Shown here one piece after another: positions 56,448-64,000 of a stretch of DNA of 64,000 bases. The number at the start of each line of letters is the position of its first letter. Position 1 is the stretch's first letter. The position numbers and the translations under genes are program-made. Under the pieces are notes generated by a model, which was given only the letters and a program-made list of their open reading frames with translations, did not search any database and had not been told where the DNA came from. The DNA comes from Deltaproteobacteria bacterium (GTDB taxonomy: Bacteria > Myxococcota_A > UBA9160 > SMWR01), in assembly GCA_032128375.1 (NCBI GenBank), contig JAQBGU010000107.1, positions 64,001 through 128,000 on the forward strand, read 5' to 3'.

Positions 56448-58657
56448 GATCGCCGCGCGTGCAGAATTCCGGCCGCAGGATCCGGATCGCACGCGTGATG
56501 TTGTTGTTGCCGTTTCTGATACTCGGATTGCGCGCCGCAGATCTCAGCACCGACCAGCGCGGCCGGACGCGCGGAATCGGACAGACGCAACGCACGTTGA
56601 CACTAGCGGCCCACCGCGGCGCGATCGTCGACGCCTCGGGCGTCGAGCTGGCTCTGTCGGTCGAGTCTCCGTCGATCTTTGCGATTCCGTCGAGTATCCG
56701 CGACATCGGCTCGGCCGCCTCGCAGATGGCACCGATCCTCGGATGGGAAACGAGCCAACTCGCGAAACGACTCGAGGACCACAAGTCGTTCCTGTTCCTG
56801 TCGCGCTGGGTCACGTCGGAACGCGCCAAGCAAATCAGCGATCTCGGCATTCAGGGGGTAGGGCTCCTCGACGAGTCTCGCCGCGTGTACCCGCACCGGG
56901 GGCTGGCGGCGAAATTGGTGGGCTTCGTGAACATCGACGCCGCTGGTGTTCGGGGGATCGAGCAACAGGAAGACGAGTGGTTGCAGGGGGTGGTCCAGCG
57001 GATTCCGGTCGAACGCGATGCGCATGGGGATCTGTTCTGGCTGGGCAACACGCAACCTTGGAACACTTCGGGCGGAGACGTAGCGCTGACGATCGACGTG
57101 ACACTTCAGGCTGCGGCCGAGTCCGCGCTGAACGAAACCGTCGAGGCCAATGACGCGCTGGGTGGTGTGGTCATTGTGATGGACCCCTGGACCGGCGACA
57201 TCCTGACACTTGCCGACAGCCCGGGATTCGATCCCAACCAATTTCGGAAATTGCCGTTCGAGTCGACTCGATCGCAGGCATTTTTCGACGCGTTCGACCC
57301 CGGCTCGACCCTGAAGGCCTTCTTGATTGCAGCCGGTCTCGAACTCGGCACGATCACGCCGAGCGATCAATTCGATGGAGACAACGGTTCGTTTCGTGTC
57401 CCAGGCAGTACGATTCGCGATACCCACCCACACAGTATGATGACCGTGGCCGACATCATGCGTGTCTCCAGCAATATTGGTGCGGTGAAGATCGCGTACC
57501 GGATGGGGGCGAGTGCCCACCATGACATGCTGCGCGCTTTCGGATTTGGCGCTTCGACTGCTAGCCGGTTCCCCGGCGAGTCCGCCGGACAGATGCGCTC
57601 GTGGCAGTCGTGGAGGCCGCTTGACCATGCCACGGTCGCGTTCGGACAAGGCATCACCGTTACACCGATCCAGCTCGCATCGGCCACGTGCGCGCTCGCC
57701 AACGGAGGGATGCTCGTCAAACCCAGGCTGGTCTCCGCGCGACGCGCGCCGGGCGGGATGTGGCACTCCGTGACCGACAAGGCGGTTCGCCGCGTCGTCA
57801 GCGAGCGGACTTCTTCGCAAGTCCTCGAGATGATGGAGGGCGTCGTAGGGCCGACGGGCACCGCTAGCCGCGCTGGGCTCCGCGGAGTACGGGTCGCTGG
57901 AAAGACAGGAACGGCGCAGAAATGGGACCCGGCGACGAAATCGTTCTCTACCGATCGCTTCGTCGCCTGGTTCATCGGAGTCGTTCCGGCTGATGACCCC
58001 AAGCTCGTGATCGTCGTCGGCGTGGACGAACCTCGTCGTCCCGCTCATACTGGTGGTGCGACGGCGGCACCTCTGTTCGCAAAGGTTGCTGCAGCACAGC
58101 TGACACGTTTCGGAATCGCCACCCAGCCCGAGCCCCGCCGCACGCTACCCGAACGCTCCGCTCCCACCATCACCATAGCCACCCGGCCGCCACCTGCTCT
58201 TGCCCCGGTATCGGCGGCCGCGTCGCGAGTGCGCTCTGATCTGACCCCTGATCCGACAAAAAAGAAGCTTCCGGCACAGAATGTCGCAAGCGAAGCGGTA
58301 CGCAGTCAAAACGCTAAACTCGCCGCAACCAGCGGCTCCAGATCGAAACCCAGAAATGTGACGGACCCGCCGATTGAAGCAACGCTCGCATCGAAGCCGA
58401 AGCGCGATTCAGAACCGAGCGTCGTGGAAAGGCTCGTGCGCCTCAACGACCGGGTGTTGCTGCCGGATTTCGTGGGATTGACCGTCGAAGAAGTCCGACA
58501 GATCTCCACCGACACTGCGCTGTCGATCACGATCTCCGGCAAGGGTCGTGCGGTACAGCAGGATCCTCCGCCTGGGACGGTCGTTCGCGTCCATGCCGGA
58601 TCCGTACGCGTCGTGTTCGAAACCTCCGGCGCTGCTCGCCCTGCAGGAGACGGTTGA
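56444..58657 (+). CDS. ftsI: Class B penicillin-binding protein with C-terminal PASTA domain
   Basis: RGAIVD, RVYP, PGSTLK (SxxK), SSN, AGKTGTAQK; PASTA-like LPDFVGLT...AVQQDPPPG. Confidence 0.93.
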   Translation: MRSPRVQNSGRRIRIARVMLLLPFLILGLRAADLSTDQRGRTRGIGQTQRTLTLAAHRGAIVDASGVELALSVESPSIFAIPSSIRDIGSAASQMAPILGWETSQLAKRLEDHKSFLFLSRWVTSERAKQISDLGIQGVGLLDESRRVYPHRGLAAKLVGFVNIDAAGVRGIEQQEDEWLQGVVQRIPVERDAHGDLFWLGNTQPWNTSGGDVALTIDVTLQAAAESALNETVEANDALGGVVIVMDPWTGDILTLADSPGFDPNQFRKLPFESTRSQAFFDAFDPGSTLKAFLIAAGLELGTITPSDQFDGDNGSFRVPGSTIRDTHPHSMMTVADIMRVSSNIGAVKIAYRMGASAHHDMLRAFGFGASTASRFPGESAGQMRSWQSWRPLDHATVAFGQGITVTPIQLASATCALANGGMLVKPRLVSARRAPGGMWHSVTDKAVRRVVSERTSSQVLEMMEGVVGPTGTASRAGLRGVRVAGKTGTAQKWDPATKSFSTDRFVAWFIGVVPADDPKLVIVVGVDEPRRPAHTGGATAAPLFAKVAAAQLTRFGIATQPEPRRTLPERSAPTITIATRPPPALAPVSAAASRVRSDLTPDPTKKKLPAQNVASEAVRSQNAKLAATSGSRSKPRNVTDPPIEATLASKPKRDSEPSVVERLVRLNDRVLLPDFVGLTVEEVRQISTDTALSITISGKGRAVQQDPPPGTVVRVHAGSVRVVFETSGAARPAGDG

Positions 58658-60198
58658 TGCGATTGTCGCAACTGCTCTCCTCGCTTCCGCCCGGGATGTT
58701 GCTCGAAGCCCCGACTCTCTCAATCGCGCAAGATCCCATCATTCGGGGAATCGCGTACGATTCTCGGCGCGTCGCGGCCGGCGACTTGTTCCTTGCACTG
58801 CGTGGTTCGGAAGTCGACGGCCACCAGTTTCTCCCGAATGCGATCAAACTCGGAGCTGCCGCCTTGATCGTCGAGTCGGCTCCGGACGGGCTCGACTCTT
58901 CGTGCCCGATAATCGCCGTGCGCGATAGCCGCCAAGCGCTGGCGACGATCTCGACCCGCTTCTTCGGAAATCCATGCTCCGAACTTCGGTTGATCGGGAT
59001 CACCGGTACCAACGGCAAGACCAGCAGCTCGTACCTGGTGGAATCGATCTTGCGGCGTTCCGGCGCACGCACCGGCCTGATTGGAACCGTCGACGTGCGC
59101 TTCGCAGGCGAGCGGGAGCGCCCTGTGAATACAACACCGGAAAGCTACGAACTTCAGCGAACGCTGCGCGCAATGCGCACGCACAACGTCGATTCGGTCG
59201 TGATGGAGGTTTCCTCACACGGTCTCGAACTGGGCCGGGTAGAAGGCTGTCTGTTCGCGGTAGCCGCGATCACGAATGTCACTCAGGATCATCTCGATTT
59301 CCACGAAACCATGCCCAGCTACCGTCGCGCGAAGCGCCGCCTGTTCGAACAGTATCTCGACCCGCAGGGTACGGCAGTCGTCAATATCGACGACCCGAAC
59401 AGCTCCGAATTTGAACAGGCCGCACTGCAGCGCGGCGCGCGACTGATTCGGGTTTCGCGCGACCGCAGCCGCAATGCGGAGATCTGCCTCGATTCAGCCG
59501 AGCTTCGGCTGGACGGCACATCTGCGCGGCTCCAGCTGCCCGGCGGCGAATTCGTGTTGAATATCCCACTGATGGGTGATTTCAATCTGGAAAATGCGCT
59601 GATTGCGTGCGGAATCGGCGTCGCGCTCGACATCGCTCCAGAGGCAATTATTGAAGGGATCGCTCAATGTCCGCAGGTTCCGGGTCGGGTCGAGCGTGTG
59701 ACTGCTCACGGCGCGAACGAGCCGACCGTAATCGTCGACTACGCCCATACACCTGACGCGATCGAAAAACTCCTCAGCACGCTGCGTCCGCTGGTCGACG
59801 GTCGACTGATCTCGGTATTTGGTTGCGGGGGCGACCGCGATCGCGGAAAGCGACCGATGATGGCGGAGGCAGTCGCGCGTTACAGCGATCGGGTGGTCGC
59901 AACCAGCGATAACCCGCGAACCGAAGACCCAACCCAAATTCTCCTCGATGTGGAAACCGGCCTCACGCGGCTGCGCCGCGTCGAGGCCGACGCACTCGAA
60001 ACAAGCGACGGCTGCTACGCGGTGATTCCGAACCGGCGGTCGGCGATCGAAGCTGCAATCGCGATCGCTGGGCCCTCGGACATCGTTGTGCTCGCGGGCA
60101 AGGGCCACGAGGACTACCAGATCATCGGGCGCGACCGTTTGCCGTTCGACGATCGAGACGAAGCTCGGCGAGCACTCAACGCGCGGAGCCCAAAATGA
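58654..60198 (+). CDS. murE: UDP-MurNAc-tripeptide synthetase (meso-DAP type)
   Basis: ITGTNGKTS, MEVSSH, DHLDFH, DYAHTPD, DNPR, AGKGHE. Confidence 0.97.
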   Translation: MMRLSQLLSSLPPGMLLEAPTLSIAQDPIIRGIAYDSRRVAAGDLFLALRGSEVDGHQFLPNAIKLGAAALIVESAPDGLDSSCPIIAVRDSRQALATISTRFFGNPCSELRLIGITGTNGKTSSSYLVESILRRSGARTGLIGTVDVRFAGERERPVNTTPESYELQRTLRAMRTHNVDSVVMEVSSHGLELGRVEGCLFAVAAITNVTQDHLDFHETMPSYRRAKRRLFEQYLDPQGTAVVNIDDPNSSEFEQAALQRGARLIRVSRDRSRNAEICLDSAELRLDGTSARLQLPGGEFVLNIPLMGDFNLENALIACGIGVALDIAPEAIIEGIAQCPQVPGRVERVTAHGANEPTVIVDYAHTPDAIEKLLSTLRPLVDGRLISVFGCGGDRDRGKRPMMAEAVARYSDRVVATSDNPRTEDPTQILLDVETGLTRLRRVEADALETSDGCYAVIPNRRSAIEAAIAIAGPSDIVVLAGKGHEDYQIIGRDRLPFDDRDEARRALNARSPK

Positions 60199-61637
60199 AG
60201 GTCCCGTTCGAAATCGCGGATCTGGTCCGGTGGACGGATGGGGTGCTCTGGCGGGGCGCTCCGCACGCGATCTTGCGTGGCGCTTCGATCGACTCGCGAA
60301 ACATGGAGGCCGGTGGGCTGTTCATTGCGATCGTTGGACCGAATCACGATGGGCACCGATTTTGTGGAACAGCAGCACAAACGGCCGCGTGCCTGCTCGT
60401 GGAGCGAGGACGCGAGGAGTCGCTCGATTCACCAGAAGGCGTTGCGATCGTGTCCGTCCATGACACCACCCGCGCTCTAGGTGCACTCGGCGCCGGACAC
60501 CGCGCCACTTTCTCTGGCCCGGTCGTTGGAATTACCGGAAGCAATGGGAAGACCACCACTAAGGAGATGTGTGCTTCGATCCTGTCTGTTGGCGCGCCGT
60601 GCCACCGAACACCCGGAAACTTGAACAACCAATTTGGTGTGCCGTTGACTCTCCTCGGTCGTGACGAACACGATCGCAGCATGGTTGTCGAACTCGGCAT
60701 GAACCACCGCGGAGAGATCGCCGAACTCGCAAGGCTCGCACGCCCGAACGTGGCATTGATCACCAACGTGGGCAGTGCGCACATCGAATATCTCGGCAGT
60801 CGCGAAGAGATCGCGAAGGAAAAGGGCGATATCGTGGCATCGCTTCCATCACAAGCCACAGCCGTTCTCAACGCCGATGACACAGCCGTGATGAGCCAGG
60901 CAGAGCGGACCGCCGCAAAGATACTGACCTTCGGTACCGGGAGCGATGCAGATGTGCGCGCGGTGCGAGTATCGGAACTGGCGGGCGAGGGCTACACGTT
61001 CGAACTCGTGACGCCGTCGGGAACGACTGACGCCGTTGTGAAGGGCCTCGGTCACACCGCGCTGATCAACGCGCTGGCTGCCTCAGCAGCCGCTCTTGCC
61101 GCCGGGGCGAGCCTGCCCGCGATCGCCGTAGGGCTGGCGAATCACGTGCCGATCGATGGCCGACTCCAGCAGCGCAAGCTGCCGGGAGACATCTTGCTGG
61201 TCGACGACACCTACAATGCCAACCCGCAGAGCACCGAAGCAGCATTGCGGATGCTTGCGGGGAGGAAGGGTGCACGGCGTGCAGTCGCTGTACTCGGTGA
61301 CATGGGTGAACTCGGGGACGCCTCAGAGGTCGCTCACCGCGAAGCGGGAACGCTGGCGGCCGAGCTCGGAATCGATTTCCTGATCGCGCTGGGTGAGCGA
61401 GCGGAGTCCGTCGCCGCCGGCGCACTCGATTCGGGCATGCAACCCGGGCGCGTGGTCGTGGCCCACAACCACGACGATGCCAGCGCACTCGCAAACGCGT
61501 TCTTAGAAGAACGGGACGTCGTGTTGGTGAAGGGTTCACGATCCATGCGAATGGAGCGAGTCGTCGAAGCCATTGTAGCGAAAGCCGGAAACGGGGATGC
61601 CGCGAAAGCAACAGCGGTCGGAGGCGAACGAGCCTGA
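60195..61637 (+). CDS. murF: UDP-MurNAc-tripeptide--D-Ala-D-Ala ligase
   Basis: ITGSNGKTTTKE, ELGMNHRGEI, DDTYNANP, KGSRSMRME. Confidence 0.97.
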   Translation: MKVPFEIADLVRWTDGVLWRGAPHAILRGASIDSRNMEAGGLFIAIVGPNHDGHRFCGTAAQTAACLLVERGREESLDSPEGVAIVSVHDTTRALGALGAGHRATFSGPVVGITGSNGKTTTKEMCASILSVGAPCHRTPGNLNNQFGVPLTLLGRDEHDRSMVVELGMNHRGEIAELARLARPNVALITNVGSAHIEYLGSREEIAKEKGDIVASLPSQATAVLNADDTAVMSQAERTAAKILTFGTGSDADVRAVRVSELAGEGYTFELVTPSGTTDAVVKGLGHTALINALAASAAALAAGASLPAIAVGLANHVPIDGRLQQRKLPGDILLVDDTYNANPQSTEAALRMLAGRKGARRAVAVLGDMGELGDASEVAHREAGTLAAELGIDFLIALGERAESVAAGALDSGMQPGRVVVAHNHDDASALANAFLEERDVVLVKGSRSMRMERVVEAIVAKAGNGDAAKATAVGGERA

Positions 61638-62710
61638 TGTTCTACCATTTCCTGTATCCGCTGGCGTCCGAGTTCAGTGGCTTCAATGTGTTCCGTTACA
61701 TCACGTTCCGCACTGGTGCGGCCACGCTCACCGCGTTGTTCATCGCCTTCATGGTGGGACCCGCGCTCATCCGCGCTCTCGAGCGACTGCGCGTCGGCCA
61801 GCCCATCCGAGATATCGGTCCGGACCACAAAGCCAAAGAAGGCACGCCGACGATGGGCGGCTTGCTGATCCTGCTCTCTCTGCTGGTGTCGGTCTTCCTG
61901 TGGTCGAACCTCGACAACCGCTTCGTGTGGATCGTCATCGGAATCACAGTCGGTTACGGAATCCTCGGATTCATCGATGACTACAAGAAGGTCAGGCAGG
62001 GCAGCAGCGCAGGCATCTCCGCGCGCATGAAACTGTTCTGGCAAACCGTATTGGCGCTTGGGGTCGCGATCGCGATCTACAGCGACCCGGGTTTCGACGC
62101 CGAGTTGGCCGTCCCGTTCTTCAAGAACTTCACACCGAACCTCGGGATCATGTATGTACCGTTCGCCGCGTTCGTGATCGTTGCGATGAGCAACGGAGTC
62201 AACATGACCGACGGACTCGACGGGCTTGCGATCGGACCCGTCATGATCGCTGCCGGAACATTCCTGTTGCTCTCCTATGCGGCCGGCCACACCGGAATCG
62301 CCCAATATCTGACTATCAAGTACGTCGCCGGGTCCGGGCATCTGGCGATCTTCTGCGGCGCGCTCATTGGCGGTGGATTGGGCTTCTTGTGGTTCAACGC
62401 ATCACCCGCACAGTTGTTCATGGGTGACGTTGGATCTCTCGCGTTGGGTGGTGCGCTCGGAACCATCGCGGTGTTGATCCGACAGGAATTCCTGCTCCCG
62501 ATCGTCGGGGGCATTTTCGTCGCTGAACTCCTGAGCGTGATCATCCAGGTTGTGTACTTCCGGTACACCGGCAAGCGTGTCTTCTTGATGGCACCCATCC
62601 ACCACCATTATGAAAAGCTCGGCTGGGCAGAGCAGAAGATCGTGGTCCGGTTCTGGATCGTTTCGGCGATTCTGGGGCTGCTGGCACTGTCTACTTTGAA
62701 ATTGCGTTAG
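61637..62710 (+). CDS. mraY: Phospho-N-acetylmuramoyl-pentapeptide transferase
   Basis: KEGTPTMGG, DDYKK, NMTDGLDGL, FMGDVGS, APIHHHYE. Confidence 0.98.
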   Translation: MFYHFLYPLASEFSGFNVFRYITFRTGAATLTALFIAFMVGPALIRALERLRVGQPIRDIGPDHKAKEGTPTMGGLLILLSLLVSVFLWSNLDNRFVWIVIGITVGYGILGFIDDYKKVRQGSSAGISARMKLFWQTVLALGVAIAIYSDPGFDAELAVPFFKNFTPNLGIMYVPFAAFVIVAMSNGVNMTDGLDGLAIGPVMIAAGTFLLLSYAAGHTGIAQYLTIKYVAGSGHLAIFCGALIGGGLGFLWFNASPAQLFMGDVGSLALGGALGTIAVLIRQEFLLPIVGGIFVAELLSVIIQVVYFRYTGKRVFLMAPIHHHYEKLGWAEQKIVVRFWIVSAILGLLALSTLKLR

Positions 62711-62752
62711 GCGTACTTCGAAAACGGAGAGAGTCTCGAAGAGATCGCGGAA

Positions 62753-64000
62753 ATGGAAGAAATCGGAAACTGGAAAATCGGGGTACTCGGACTCGGCGTT
62801 TCGGGCCGTTCGGCCGCAAACTTCTTGGCTGCGAGAGGCGCACGCGTGTGCGCGTTCGATGAGCGGGGCGCCGACGCGATCGACGACTTGGCGTCGGTCG
62901 ATTCACGCGTCGATCGCGCGCTGGGCGTTCCGTTCCCGAACCTGGACGACTTCGACCTGCTGGTGCCGAGCCCCGGAATTCCGCCGCATCGCTATCGCAG
63001 TCACACCGGCCGGGTCTGGGGCGACATCGAGCTCGCGTATCAGGCCATTGCCGCCCCGATCATCGCTGTCACAGGAACCAATGGGAAATCGACGACGGTG
63101 CTGCTGATCGAAGCCATGCTGCGAGCTGCGGGTGCGCGCGCGAGAGCGGTCGGAAACCTCGGCTCACCCGCGCTGGAACTCGTCGGAGAGCCGCTCGACT
63201 TCGCGATCCTCGAGGTTTCGTCGTTTCAACTCGAAACCACCGAGTCGTTTCGTCCAGATGTCGGCGTGCTGTTGAACATCTCACCCGATCACCTCGACCG
63301 CCACGGCAGCTTCGAAGCCTATGCGAAGGCCAAAGATCGGTTGTTCGTCAACCAGCGAGAGTCCGACAGCGCGATCTTCAACCTCGACGACCCGATTGTT
63401 GCGGCTCGCACCAACACGACGCGCGGGCGCGTCTTCGGGTTTCGAGGTTCGGGCGCCGTGGCTCGCGGTGCGTTCTTCGATACCGGTGCTGTTGTCCTTT
63501 GCGATCCACCCGCGGCACCGCTTCGAATTGCACTCGACGGGATGCGCCTAGATGGTCAACACAACCGGGAGAACGTGATCGCGGCGTTTGCGGCTGTCGC
63601 CGCAGCTGGTGTCGATCCGGTTGCGGCCTCGTCTGCACTCCCGACCTTCTCGGGCCTGGCGCACCGTTGTGAATTCGTCGCCGAGGTAGATGGGGTTCGG
63701 TACGTCAACGACTCCAAGGCCACCAACCCCGGTGCGGCCATGCGCTCGGTGACGGGCTTCACCGAGAAGGTCGTGTGGATCGCCGGTGGGCGAGACAAGG
63801 GCCTCGGCTTCTCCGAGTTGGTCGACGCAGCGGTGGGACGCGTGCGTGCCGCCCTCGTGATCGGAGAAGCAACCGAGAAGCTCCAAGTGGCGCTGGCCAA
63901 TCGTGTAGAAGTCATCGCCGCCGAATCAATCGAAGACGCCGTCGCGCGCGCAGCGAAAATCGCCCGACCGGGCGATGTGGTGCTGTTGTCTCCGGCATGT
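62753..64000 (+). CDS. murD: UDP-MurNAc-L-Ala--D-Glu ligase (3' end runs off the window)
   Basis: Manual translation from ATG 62753: MEEIGNWKIGVLGLGVSGRSAA...VTGTNGKST...EVSSFQLE...DHLDRH...NDSKATN...LLSPAC. Confidence 0.96.
   Translation, partial: MEEIGNWKIGVLGLGVSGRSAANFLAARGARVCAFDERGADAIDDLASVDSRVDRALGVPFPNLDDFDLLVPSPGIPPHRYRSHTGRVWGDIELAYQAIAAPIIAVTGTNGKSTTVLLIEAMLRAAGARARAVGNLGSPALELVGEPLDFAILEVSSFQLETTESFRPDVGVLLNISPDHLDRHGSFEAYAKAKDRLFVNQRESDSAIFNLDDPIVAARTNTTRGRVFGFRGSGAVARGAFFDTGAVVLCDPPAAPLRIALDGMRLDGQHNRENVIAAFAAVAAAGVDPVAASSALPTFSGLAHRCEFVAEVDGVRYVNDSKATNPGAAMRSVTGFTEKVVWIAGGRDKGLGFSELVDAAVGRVRAALVIGEATEKLQVALANRVEVIAAESIEDAVARAAKIARPGDVVLLSPAC

Overview
GC-rich bacterial chromosomal window. 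Gene content suggests a Myxococcota/deltaproteobacterium-like organism (inference only). I found no CRISPR array, tRNA/rRNA gene, transposase or phage gene. From left to right: hisG (partial)-hisI-plsB; a ferritin-like di-iron enzyme; assorted catabolic enzymes; a cluster of three GT-C-type membrane glycosyltransferases (two are TPR-bearing paralogues) plus an SGNH protein; a sphingosine-1-phosphate-lyase-like enzyme divergent from a phosphotransferase; ffh; an MltD-like LysM transglycosylase; rlmN and trmB; an AAA+/VWA/SppA operon; a double-ATP-cone 2-phosphoglycerate-kinase-like protein; a MerR / ParA-CBM48 / Walker-A-less MinD-like / nuclease-fold-like / ECF-sigma cluster; DsbA-like, PMM, tatA; a fused Get3/ArsA-like double ATPase beside PhaR-like and acyltransferase genes; a deacetylase; and the start of the dcw cluster (mraZ-rsmH-ftsL-ftsI-murE-murF-mraY-murD partial). 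The best candidates for something new are: (1) the ParA fused to a glycogen-binding domain, with two degenerate partner genes, as a possible storage-granule positioning system; (2) a long G-U-rich hairpin between mraZ and rsmH; (3) a dispersed three-way-junction repeat found twice directly after stop codons; (4) tandem NrdR-like boxes upstream of the dcw cluster. All calls come from reading motifs by eye; no database search was run.
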